Shown piece after piece: positions 12,214-28,657 of a stretch of 64,000 nt of DNA; the stretch's first letter is position 1; each line of letters begins with the position of its first letter. Below the pieces are notes generated by a model. That model searched no databases, was not told the origin of the DNA, and worked only from the letters and a program-made list of their open reading frames with translations. A program made the translations under genes and the position numbers. Where the stretch lies: the NCBI RefSeq assembly GCF_009914755.1, contig NC_060943.1; one strand, given 5' to 3'. Source of the DNA: the human T2T-CHM13v2.0 reference genome, Homo sapiens.

Positions 12214-13049
12214 TGAGAGACATTAGCTAGCTTGCCTTAGGTAGATAGCAAGGCAAGGGTTTATGGAGAGCCCCCAACCCCCAGGTTAGTGCCTTATCCC
12301 CACATAGCAGAAAAAGCAGCTTGGAAAAAAAAAAAGCTCCAGACACTGTTAAGGGAACTAGCACAGGGGGTTGTGCCTGGACTCATGCCCTCGGATGCAC
12401 AAGTAGGAGAACCTAAAGCCCATTTAGATAAAAATTTGCACACACCTCTGGCTTACTTAGATAATGGAGCAAGGCCTGACATAGAAATGTCTGCTCTTTG
12501 CATAGTCAGTGGGCTCCCAGGAAAAAGTTTTTTCTTTTTGTGGGCATGAACACAGTGGGCTTTGATGGGTTCTGTGGACACTTTCTTTTCTTTTTTAACT
12601 GTGAGTCTGGTATTTATAAATTATTACTTTAGCCCTTGATTGGTCGTGGGCCAAGGTCTTTGGCCAAGCTTTTGCATCAGCTTCTAATAGGTTCTGGGCC
12701 AACATGAGCAGCCTTTATGGATCATTACTTCAGCCCCTGATTGGTCTCAGGCCAAGGCCCCAGGCAAAGCTGAGTCACACATTCTCTAAGACAGCTCACA
12801 AACTAAGCACAATTTTTTCCCATTCCAGTTTGTAAAAACCCTGGATCACAGCCTTATAGTGGACAACCCATTCAGGCCTCCCTCTCTGCTGGAGTAGGAC
12901 TTTCTTCTTTTTGCATATTAAACTTTTGTTCCAAACCTCACCCTTGTGTCCACACTCCTTAATCTTCTTGAATGTAGCACAAAGAATTCTGGGTATTATC
13001 TCAAACAACAGAGGTTGTTACATCTTGGTGCACTGATAAAACTATAACA
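12214..13049 (+). mobile_element. 5' LTR of LTR25/HERVG25-type provirus
   Basis: TG...CA; start matches the 3' LTR at 25266; internal repeats with GATTGG (inverted CCAAT) at 12625-12770; followed by a PBS. Confidence 0.8.
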
Positions 13050-13054
13050 TATTT

Positions 13055-13072
13055 TGGTGTGTTGGCCAGGGA
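13055..13072 (+). promoter_or_regulatory. Primer-binding site complementary to tRNA-Gly
   Basis: TGGTGTGTTGGCCAGGGA versus TGGTGCGTTGGCCGGGAA (tRNA-Gly-TCC 3' complement): 15/18, two differences are CpG transitions; 5 nt after the LTR end. Confidence 0.75.
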
Positions 13073-16000
13073 GAAAGGAATTCATCAGAAGGGTGATTAG
13101 GAGTGAGGGTCATTGTCCTCAGTTACTTTCTGAGGCTTCTTGTCCTAAGTTTTTGTCTCTTAGAGACAAACTTGAAAACATTGGCTCTGTTCTAATCCAG
13201 TTTCCTTTCACGAAGGGCCTACCCATTGTGTGGAACAGAAAGGAGGTCCTATGGTAACTGAAGGTTTCTGGTTGAGTCTATACCTCAGTGTTACCTAAAA
13301 GCCCTTGGACCAACTCCAGTCCCCAACAGCCAATGAAGGTGTTGGCACAAGAACTTCCAGTCTTTTTTTTTTCATTTCATTTTTTTTCTTCTTCTTCTTT
13401 TTTTTGGTACCTATAATTTCTCCTATTCATTCTTTGTATGCAATGTTGTGAATGTTTTTACAGCCTATGGATATAATCATGCTGAGTAAAGTCAGTCAGT
13501 GTCTTAGTCATCAGATATGTAACTCAGAGTTGTTGTTTTATAATTTCCTAGCAACAGGGCGAATTCAAAATATCTCTAAATTTTTACTCAGTAAGGGCCT
13601 TTCTCTCCCACAGTAATACAGTAATAAACATTCATGGCACTGTATGAGAGAATATTTCACCCTGAGTAAATACCCTCCTTTGCATTTGATTTGTTTTTTT
13701 CTCTCCATGTGAAAGCTCAGCACTATCCAATGAATCTAAACAGTTCCTTTATGAGACAAGTTCATTTTTGTTTGTTCTGGGGCATATGCTATAGGAACAG
13801 CCTATCAAAACCCAAACCTCCTTCTAACTTTTGCCTAAAAATATAAAGTTGGAGTTTTTACCTAGGATTTCTAATTTTACAGCACCCCTAGTGGAATGGG
13901 ATTGTTCTCCATAGGAAGCCTTGTCAACGCTCCCTCCAAAACTTACAGTCCCCCAATTATTTTCCCTTTTACATCCCTTTATCACTGATAAGGCCTCATG
14001 CCCTATTTCTAAACAGAAAAACTCAACTTTCAACAGCTGGAAGAAGCCATGCTGACAAAACAAATCTTCAATTTTTACACATTTTTAAGGCACATGTCCT
14101 TCATCAAACTACACTGGAATTTGAACAAAAAGGAATTTTATGTTGAAGGTAAACTCATCCCATTCTCTGGGATTCTGATGTTTTCCTGGGGCCATAGCAG
14201 GGGAAGCCAAAAATGGTATTAGGGCATTCCCTCTATAAAAGTATCTTGCCTAAATCCAACTACTGCATAATCTCTCCCCAGCCACTGGAGTACCTTGAGA
14301 GTCTTTTGGGCTGAGTGGATCTAGAAAACGAGCGGGATGGAAAGCTAGGTGAGAAGGTGAGCATAACGTGTCCTGCCAAGGAGCTCCTCTGGACCCATGG
14401 GTGAAGGTCATGCTCGCATCCATGGGTAACATCTATGATGGTGGCTGGGAACCAGAGGGAAAAAAGGAAGGTCGAGAAGTGGTATGCCCTTTTTCTCTTT
14501 CCGCCACACCAAAAAGAGAAAGGGGACTGAGGAAAGCCTTGTCTCCCCTTTTTCTAGATAGGTAACAAACCGTCTACAGTTTGCATTCCCCTCTAGTGCA
14601 TTCTGAAACACTGGAACCTCTTTAACCCTGAAACTCTAAAGAAAAAATGGCTTATATTCTGTCGCACAAACCCATGGCCATCTTAGAGACAGGAGGCCTG
14701 GCTTTCTAAGGGAAGTATTAATTTCAACACTACCCAACAAATAGATCTTTCTTTGCCCTGTGAGACAACCCAGATCTTTGTAAGCATTGTAAAATTAAAT
14801 CTGCCCTCTTGGCAGCCCTACAAAATATAATTACCAAAAGTTGAGATACAAACCCTTGGGGAACCCTAAATGCAACTTCCAGGTGCCTCACCAGCCTCCC
14901 ATATTTTGGGCCCCCAATACCTATATATCATCAGCTCCTCTGGTTGTGCCACTGAAGAAACCCACATAATTGCTGTTGCCCCTACAGAAAATGCCCAATA
15001 AACATGGTGTTACTATGATTCAAGTTCCCTTCTCATTGCAGGACCTTAAGAAAATAAAGTGAGCCCCAGGAAAGTTCTCTAATGACCCTGATACATATAT
15101 AGAGTCTTTCCAAAATTTAACCCAATGTTTAATGTTACATGGAGAGATGCTATGCTGCTTTTAAGCCAAACCCTAACTGTTAAGAAACAAGTAGCCTTAC
15201 AGGCAGCAAAAAAAACTCAAAAAAACAAACAGTAGGTTACCTAGAGCCAGTCAGAAAAGAAACTCAGTTGAAAGGGAAAAAAGAGACAGAATCCCCATTC
15301 CCAATAAGAATAAAAACAATGACCCTTAAATATTCTAATTGGAGTCCTTGTGATCCTATGGAGAAGTGGAAAAGAAAACACTTCCTGATGTGCATATTAG
15401 AAAGCTTGCAAAGAACCACAATCAAGCATGTTAATTACTCTAATCTGTCCCTGTTAAATCAGAAACCAGATAAAAATCCCCTGGCCTTTTTGAAAAGGCT
15501 GAGAAAAACTTTAGTAAAACAAACCTCCCTGTGTTCTGATACGACAAAAAAGGTTTATTACTTAGGCAGGCTCTAATATCAGAAGGAAGTTGCTAAAACA
15601 GGCCCTGTTCAAACATATTTCTAGGTTTTGTCATCCTTAAGTTGAAACTTTGCAGTATTTAAATAACACTGTTCTCTGTGCCCCAACTGAAGAGGTCTCA
15701 GGAAGGCACTAAGACTTTCCTCAATTTATTAGCTGAAAGGGAATATAGGGCCTCAAAATTTAAAGCTCAGCTCTGTCAAACTGCAGTACAGTAGATAGGT
15801 CTAGTCAGAAGATACAAGAACACCGGATAAAGAAAGAATTAAACTCATTTTCTTCTTTTCCTTTCCCAAACTCATTGGGGGGACCTTACACATTACTGGT
15901 TTTTGCAAACTCTGGGTACCTAGGAATGTTAAAATAGCCAATCTTTTATACCACCTTATTAAAAAAACTCAAGCACCTAAAAACTCACTCGCTAACTTGG

Positions 16001-16881
16001 GAACCTAAAACTAAAAAGCCTTTAACCAACTAAAGCAAGCCTTACATAAAGCACCAACCCTCAGTCTTCCCATAAGGAAGGCATTTAATCTCTATGTATC
16101 AAAAAGGAAGTTAATGACCCTGGGAATTTTAACTAAGGCTTAAGGTCCAGCTCAACAACCAGTGGGTTACCTAAGCAAGAAACTTGACTTGATGGCTAGA
16201 GGATGGCCAGCCTGCCTCTGAGCAGTTTTGGTGATGGCTTGCTGGTATCAAAGGCCACGAGGTTAACAATGGGAAATAACTATCTGCATTCCCACATAGG
16301 ACTGTTGTCCTCTAATGGAAGCCTCTGACTAAAAACCACTTCCTGAAATATCAAATTTTGCTGCTAAGGTGATCTGCAGTCTGGTTAAAAACCTGCCCTT
16401 GCCTGAACTCAGCCACTTTCTCCCAGAGGAAACTAAAGAGCCTAAACAGGATTGTAAACAGGTAGTTGTGTAAACTGGTAAAAGAAATAAGAAGAATCAC
16501 TGCTTATATTCTCTGTAAAGTTTTAATTAATTAAATAAACATTTTTAAAGTGTACTCAACTTAATGAAAAGCGAATATCCAAGCTATAAGTATATTCAGA
16601 AAGCCTTTCTATTTTTATCTATATAAAACTTGTTTTCCTGGAAGAGGATTTTTTCTCACTTAACTAAATTACTTTTATCCACTCTTTCTTGTCACTGTTG
16701 ATGCAAGCATAGAAGGCCCTAAAATAACCTCTGGTGGCCTGGGACTCCTCAAGAAAACAAAAAAGCCACCATAAATTGCATTTTAAAAGATCTCTGCTTT
16801 TTTTCATGAAACCCCTAGAATTAAAAGTAATAAGTTCCTCTCCAAATCTGTCTCTTTCTTCTAGCTATGCTTGTTTATTAG

Positions 16882-17410
<529 letters not shown>

Positions 17411-18089
17411 TAAAGGCTGTAGTGCCTCTTGGTTCATGCAACTTCAATATTTAAGAAATAAAAACATTCTTGTAGAATACAAACATCTTAAACATGTAAA
17501 TAGGTGGTCTAAATTATGCAGGTCAAATATTAGGTTTGCTAAATGTTTTAATGTAAACTGCTTCTTTGGCCCTTGAGTACTGTCAACCTGCCAGCTTCAC
17601 AATTAGTAAGGCCTAGTGACATATTAAAGTAACCATGCCCCTAACTATACTGGAAGAAGTCAGACTTTACCTGCTCCTAGCACATAATTAAAACCACTTA
17701 CCAGGTTTTACATTAAAGTTAAAATTACAAAAAGTTACCATTATAACATGTAATTGAGGCTACTGAAAATGAATGTGTATGCAACGTGTGTAAAAACAGT
17801 AAAATTTTATAATAAAAAATTATAAGAAGGCATAAAAATCTACATTTTTCCTAGGAGTAAAAGATTGTCTTAAATTAAATAAAGTGAAAGTTTTAAGCAA
17901 ATTTTTGAAATACCAAAAAATTAATTTTGCAAAAGAATACTCTGTGTAAAAATATTAACTAAATTCAAAGGAATATCATATGGTGTTCCTTAAAATTAAG
18001 CATTTAATGAAAGCACAACAAAGCTATCTTAAGATGCTCATCTGTACATATCAAAATTTCTAAAAGATTATAAAAGATTTGTAAAAATC

Positions 18090-20180
18090 GGAGATCCATT
18101 CCAAGATGGCCAAATAGGAAGAGCTCTGGTCTGCAGCTCCAAATGTGATTGAAGAAGATGATGGGTGATTTCTGCATTTTCAACTGAGGTACATGGCTCA
18201 TCTCACTGGGACTGGATGGACAGTGGGTTCAGCCCATGGAGGGTGAGCCAAAGCAGGACAGGGTGTCACCTCACCTGGGAGGCACAAGGGGTTGGGGGAT
18301 TTCCCTATCCTAGCCTGGAGAAGCCAGGACAGACTGTACTTGGAAAAATGGGATATTCCCACCCAAATGCTGTGCCTTTCCCAAGGTCTTAGCAACCAGT
18401 AGACAAGAGGATTCTCTTCCGTACCTGGCTCAGCAGGTCGTGAACCCACAGAGCCTTGCTCACTGCTAGCACAGCAGTCTAAGATCAGATGGCAACGCAG
18501 CAGCCTGGCTAGGGGAGGGGCATCCACCATTGCTGAGGCTTGAGTAGCTAAACGAAGTGGCCGGGAAGCTTGAACTGGGTGGAGCCCACTGCAGTTCAGC
18601 AAGGCCTACTGCCTCTATAGACTCCAACTTTGTGAGCAAGGCATAGCTGAACAAAAGGCAGCAGATAGCTTCTGCAGATTTATATGTTCCTGTCTGACAG
18701 CTCTGAAGAGAGCAGTGGTTCACCCAGCATGGCATTTGAGCTCTGAGAATGGACAGACTACCTCCTCAAGTCAATCCCTGACCCCCATGTAGCCTAACTG
18801 GGAGACACCTCCCAGTAGAGGCCGACAGATACCTCATATAGGTGGGTGCCCCTCTGGGACAAACCTTCCAGAGGAAGGATCAGGCAGCAAAATTTGCGGT
18901 TCTGCAATAATTGCCATTCTGCAGCCTCTGCTGGTGATACCCAGGCACTCAGGGTATGGAGTGGACCTCCAGAAAATTCCAACAAACCTGAAGCTGAGAG
19001 ACCTGTTAGAAAGAAAACCAGCAAACAGAAAGGAATAGAAGCAACATCAGCAAAAAGGATATACACCAAAACCCCATCTGTATGTCACCAACATTAAAGA
19101 CCAAAGGTAGATAAAACCACAAAGATGGGGAGAAACCAGAGTAGAAAAGCTGAAAATTCTAAAAACCAGGGCACCTTTTCTCCTCCAAAGGATGACAGCT
19201 CCTCACCAGCAATGGAACAAAGCTGGATGGAGAATGACTTTGCTGAGTTGACAGAAGTAGGCTTCAGAAGGTCGGTAGTAACAAACTTCTGAGCTAAAGG
19301 AGCATGTTCAAAACAAACACAAGGAAGCTAAAGACCTTGAAAAAAGGTTAGATGAATGGCTAACTAGAATAAACAGTGAAAAGAAGACCTTAAATGACCT
19401 GATGGAGCTGAAAACCATGGCATGAGAACACGATGCATGCACAAGCTTCAATAGCCAATTCAGTTAAGCGGAAGAAAGGGTACCAGTGATTGAAGATCAA
19501 ATTAATGAAATAAAATGAGAAGACAAGCTTAGAGAAAAAGAGAAAGAAGAAATGAACAAAGCCTCCAAGAACTGTGGGACTATGTGAAAAGACCAAATCT
19601 ACATTTGATACGTGTACCTGAAAGTGATGGGGAGAATGGAACCAAGTAGGAAGATGCTCTTCAGGATATTAGCCTGGAGAACTTCCCCAACCTAGCAAGG
19701 CAGGCCAACATTCAAATTCAGGAAATACAGAGAATCCCACAAAGATATTCCTCGAGAAGAGCAACTCCAAGACACATAATTGTCAGACTTACCAAGGTAA
19801 AAATGAAAGAAAAAATGTTACGGGTAGCCAGAGAGAAAGGTCAGGTTACCCCCAAAAGGAAGTCCATCAGACTAACAGTGGCTCTCTCAGCAGAAATCCT
19901 ACAAACCAGAAGAGAGTGGGGGCCAATATTCAACATTCTGAAAGGAAAGAATGTCAACCCAGAATTTCATGTCCAGCCAAACTAAACTTCATAACTGAAG
20001 GAAAAATAAAATCCTTTACAGACATGCAAATGCTGACAGATTTTGTCACCACCAGGCCTGCCTTACAAGAGCTCCTGAAGGAAGCACTAAACAGGAAAGA
20101 AACAACTGGTACCAGCCACTGCAAAAACATGCCAAGTTGTAAAGACCATTGATGCTAGGAAGAAACCATCAATTATCAGG

Positions 20181-20183
<3 letters not shown>
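18090..20183 (+). mobile_element. L1PA (about PA6) 5' UTR + disrupted ORF1, 3'-truncated in the inter-ORF spacer
   Basis: CCAAGATGGCCAAATAGGAA start; ORF1 ATGGGGAGAAACCAG ~19124; ORF1 fragments MKEKMLRVAREKGQVT, DFVTTRPALQELLKEALN. Confidence 0.92.
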
Positions 20184-23392
<3,209 letters not shown>

Positions 23393-23460
23393 ATCAACTA
23401 GTTATAAATATTCTTAACTTGTAGCAATATAGCTGTTTGCATCAGTGAAACAAAAATCCA

Positions 23461-23760
<300 letters not shown>

Positions 23761-24237
23761 GAAAAATCCATTTTCTTATGCAATGAAATACAACAGAAAA
23801 ACGCTAGTTCTTTTACCAAGGCTCTAATTGGGAGGGTTTGTTTTCCTTTAAGAAATCAAGTTTAAGTTGCAAAGCCAGTAACAGCCTCTTGGGAAAGCTG
23901 GTCTCATACCTTGTCTACACAGTCCTCATACAAAATTCCTGGACTGTTGTGAGTAAAAAAATGTCACTTTCCAACAGACTTAGAAACACTATGCTCTTGG
24001 AACCTCAAAAATACAGGAGTTTAACCAACTCACAGGTATTTAAGGGTACAAATCCATGGCTTGGCCCAACTTTATAAAGTCTTATCTAAGATTTCTTTTG
24101 GAACAGATTTCCATCAAAGCCTATCAAAAAGGCCTGTGGAGAGATAGTTACTCTTGCTGCACTATGTTCAAATAGTTAGGCCAAGTATAATAATAAAGTC
24201 TATTTTGCAAACAATTCAGTCTATTGTGAGTAGCTTT

Positions 24238-24580
24238 TTTTAAAATTTTATTTTATTTTATTTTATTATTATTATACTTTAAGTTTTAGGGTACATGTGC
24301 ACAATGTGCAGGTTAGTTACATATGTATACATGTGCCATGCTGGTGTGCTGCACCCATTAACTCATCATTTAGCATTAGGTATATCTCCTAAAGCTATTC
24401 CTCCCCCTTCCCACCACCCCATAACAGCCCCCGGAGTGTGATGTTTCCCTTCCTGTGTCCATGTGTTCTCATTGTTCAATTCCCACCTATGAGTGAGACT
24501 ATGCAGTTTGGTTTTTTGTTCTTGTGATAGTTTACTGAGAATGATGACTTCCAATTTCATCCATGTCCTTAAAGAAGGAA
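24238..24580 (-). mobile_element. Short 5'-truncated L1PA 3' end with TSD
   Basis: TTATTATACTTTAAGTTTTAGGGTACATGTGCACA; TTGTGAGTAG(C/T)TT at 24224 and 24583. Confidence 0.9.
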
Positions 24581-25265
24581 TTTTGTGAGTAGTTTCTAAC
24601 AAAAAAAAAAAACTAAAAGAAAGTAATTGTTTCAAAACTTGTCATACATTTCTCATGAACTTCTAGTCTCATTCATTGTTTCAAACGTTTTGATGACATT
24701 TTAAACCTACCCGGCTTATTCCTGTAAGCCAACCAGCAATCTCTGCCTGCAGCTCATCAAAAAAAGATAGGGATGGGTAATGTAAAAATCTAAATCAATA
24801 TTCTAGTTCTAAGCAATTATTCTGCAAATCTGGCTGGGTGATAGAAATAAATAAGGTGCCAATAACCCAGAGCTTTCTTTTATCAGAAAGTAAGATCAAG
24901 GGAACTAACCAAAGCCAAGCCTCATGCACCCAAATCTTAGCAAATATAACTATAGCTACCAGTTATCAGGGTGTGTCAGCAGCCTCAACCTTTTTAGGTG
25001 TTTCCTGCCCTCCTTGTTTCATTTCAATTCATGTCCTCTACTAAACCAGATTGTTTCTTTTTCCCTAAAAACTATCAAGCTCCAAGTGGTAATGCAAATG
25101 GAATGATGCATAAACACATGTTTCTTCTGAGATACTTAAACCAGCCCTGGAAGAAATCTTAGCTGCTGTTTTCTACACAGTACCCCTCTCCAGTGAGGAA
25201 TAGCCAAAAATATCAATGCCTATTCTCCCTAACAGCAGTTAGGGTCTCCCCTCCTGAGAGGAGAC

Positions 25266-25355
25266 TGAGAGGGATTAGCTAGTTAGCCTAAGGTGGACAG
25301 CAAGGGAAGGGTCCCCAGAGAGCCCCTAACCCACGAGTCAGTGCCTCATAACCAC
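25266..25355 (+). mobile_element. Truncated 3' LTR of the LTR25-type provirus
   Basis: TGAGAGGGATTAGCTAG...GAGCCCC...GTGCCTCAT aligns to 12214-12303; preceded by a purine tract; homology stops after ~90 bp. Confidence 0.8.
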
Positions 25356-25362
25356 TTACCTA

Positions 25363-25525
<163 letters not shown>

Positions 25526-26849
25526 GGAACTAATCTTTCATCAATATTTTAATAGTTTTATGTCTGAGCACTTAAGCATCAAGGACAGGACCCTGGATGA
25601 TGAAAAGTGCATATTTAAATTTATAAAGTAAAAAATGACCATCAGATACTAATAAGTGATGAATACAGCAACATAATACTTCACAAAATCATTCTGGGTA
25701 TGTTTGACAAAGAAGAATGTTACACAGAACCTTCTTGTGCTACCCATGTGAAGTGTTCTTCTCTCTCACTTTAGTCTCAATTCCCAACCTTACAATTACC
25801 ACATACTCACATACACAGAAAAAGAAAAATTAACTTATTTTATTAGAAGGCCATGATTCACATTTTATTCTATTACATCTTTTCCATATTGCTGTTATAA
25901 TAGTGTTGAAGTGAACCCTCTTTCACCAGAAGAATACCTTTGTGAATGTGAATAGACTGACACTGGAGAAGACCAGCTCAGCACACTCACTTGAATGATC
26001 CCTTTGTTTTTCAGGCAGTAAAAATGCCTTTGAGGGGGGAAAATAAAGTGACTGCGGATTAAGCAGACAGCTATACATGGAAAAATATTTGTCAATTGTT
26101 TGAAGATTACACTGCATGGTCTACAACTTTTAAAATATAAAATGCATAGCATAACTATTGCACAAGAAAATAGAATAAAAATGATGCAGTTGACCACAAA
26201 GGACAGCAAAGCTGTATTATAGCAATATAGAAAAATATATATCTACTGTCAGAAGAAGGTAACTTGAAGTATTTGAGAGATGTTCTCTAAGAAACTAAAA
26301 ATATGTTTAGTTTTAGATTCTGTAAAAAATGTTTCTTAAGCATTTTTAATTTTCAAAAAAATTTGAGCTCACATTTTGTCAGCTTAGTATTTCTGAATAA
26401 TTTAAATAAAATAGAGTAAAATACACATTAAAAATAGCTTTTCTGGTAATACAGCAGTTGAATTTTTAGATTAAAAAAGTAAAATTCTACAAAATTATAT
26501 GCTGACCAATTTAATCAGAAGCTTCTTTCTTACAACTGTGAGAAATGACACAAAGATTTAACTTTTATGTTGGGTGGGAGAGAAAATGATTACCAGGGGC
26601 TAGAAAATTGTTGTTTCACTAATCAATGTTGATTTTTATTGCTATATTGTCTCAAATTATGTTAATAATAATGTAATGGCCTTGATCCAAAAAATGTTTA
26701 AAAACTTTATTGTTTCAATCAGCCAAAATATTAACCAAAAGAAGGCATAGAAATAAAGGTATCTAAGTCATAATTTATAGTATAAAATTAAAATGTTTCT
26801 AGAAATAAAAAAAGAGATACATAAGTAAGAAAAGGAAAAAAAGTGGATT

Positions 26850-26966
26850 ACTCACAATAACTAAGGTATGAAATCAACCTAAGTGTACATCAACAGGTAC
26901 ATGAATTTTAAAAAGTGGTATATTTACACAATGGAATGCTCTTTATTCCTTAAAAAGAAAAATGTC
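26850..26966 (+). mobile_element. Old L1M 3' fragment
   Basis: TCACAATAACTAAGGTATGAAATCAACCTAAGTGTACATCAACAG...CACAATGGAAT. Confidence 0.7.
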
Positions 26967-27529
26967 TGAGAGGTGGGCTCAGCACTCTGTGTCTTAGCAA
27001 GCCTTGCAGGGACTCTGATGTGTGCTGAAGTTTGAGCGTCACTGGAATGGATAGTGTCCATATGATTGCGGGGTCACCCCACCTATCCTGAATGTCAAGA
27101 ACATCCTGAATGAGACCAGTCAGTATATTGTAGCTTTTTCTCCAGCCACAACCAGAAAGTCTTTGCTTCCCCTTTGCCTTCCACCATGATTGTAAGTTTC
27201 CTGAAGCCTCTGCAGCTGTGTGAAACTAGAAAAAGATGCACACTCAAAAACCTCATTTGAAATTTCCAGACAGAAAGCCAAGCGTTTGGAGAGTCTCTAT
27301 GGACAGTTTTAAACACAAATGCAGAAAAGAAAGCAACCCTATTCAGTGTGAAGATGATGAGAATGAAGACCTTTATGATGATCTACTTCCACTTAATAAA
27401 TAGTGATTCCTGAATCCTTGACACAGCACTCAGCTACCAATGCCAATGAATAAGAATTTGCATCACAGTTGAAATCTGTTCACCACTCCTTTTGTAGATG
27501 TTCTGAATTGTGTACCAGAAGTCAATTGT

Positions 27530-28657
27530 TATTGGGGGAACCCACCCCCAATATTTCAACATAGGTTCTTTCTATTTTCTGTAAGTGTCAGCTGGTCTGA
27601 GAAATAAAGAGAAAGAGTACAAAGAGAGGAATTTTGCAGCTGGGCCTCCAGGGGTGACATCACATGTCAGTAGGACTGTGATGCCCACCTGAGCCACAAA
27701 TCCAGCAAGTTTTTATTAAGGACTTCAAAAGGGGAGGGGGTGTACGAACAGGGAGTACATCACAAAGATCACATGCTTCAAAGGGCAAAAAGAGAACAAA
27801 GATCACACGCTTCTGAGGAAATAGGGCAAGGACTAAAAGCAAAGATCACAAGGCAAAAGGCAAAATTAGCATTACTGATGAGGGTCTGTGTTCAGCTGTG
27901 CACGTATTGGTTTGATAAACATCTTAAACAACAGAAAACTGGGTTCGAGAGCAGAGAACCAGTCTGACCACAAATTCACCAGGGTGGGGTTTTTTTCCCC
28001 ACCCTAATAAGCCTGAGGGTACTGCAGGAGACCAGGGCATATTTCAGTCCTTATCTCAATCACATAAGACAGACACTCCCAGAGCGGCTGTTTATAGACC
28101 TCCCCTGAGGAATGCATTTCTTTCCCAGGGTCTTAATTATTAATAATCCTTGCTAGGAAAAGAATTCAGTGATATCTTCCCTACTTGCATGTCCATTTGT
28201 AGGCTCTCCTCAAGAAGAAAAATATGGCTCTATTCTGCCCTACCCCACAGTCAGGCAGACCTTATGGTTGTCTTCATTCGTTCCCTAAAATCACTGTTAT
28301 TCTGTTGTTTTTCAAGGTGCACTGATTTCATATTGTTCAAACACACGTTTTACAATCAATTTGTACAATACTGGTCCTGAGGTGACATACATCCTTAGCT
28401 TAGGAAGATAACAGGATTAAGAGATTAAAGTAAGACAGGTGAAAGAAATTATGAGTATTATTTGGGATCTGATAAATGTCCATGAAATCTTCACAATTGA
28501 TGTTCAGAGATTGAAGTAAAGACAGGCATAAGAAATTATAAGAGTGTTTTTAGGGAAGTGATAAATGTCCATATTACAATGAAATCTTCACAATTTATGT
28601 TCCTCTGCCACAGCTCCAGCCGGTCCCTCCATTTGGGGTCCTTGACTTCCCACAACA
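27530..28657 (-). mobile_element. MER11 (HERV-K11/HML-8) solo LTR
   Basis: Reverse complement begins TGTTGTGGGAAGTCAAGGACCCCAAATGGAGGGACCGGCTG; 1128 bp; perfect 6-bp TSD AATTGT at 27524-27529 and 28658-28663; internal duplication 28420-28600. Confidence 0.93.

Noticed and set aside
15268-15576. Gag-like ORF as a co-opted gene
   Set aside because: Non-ATG start, 102-aa fragment among stops and frameshifts
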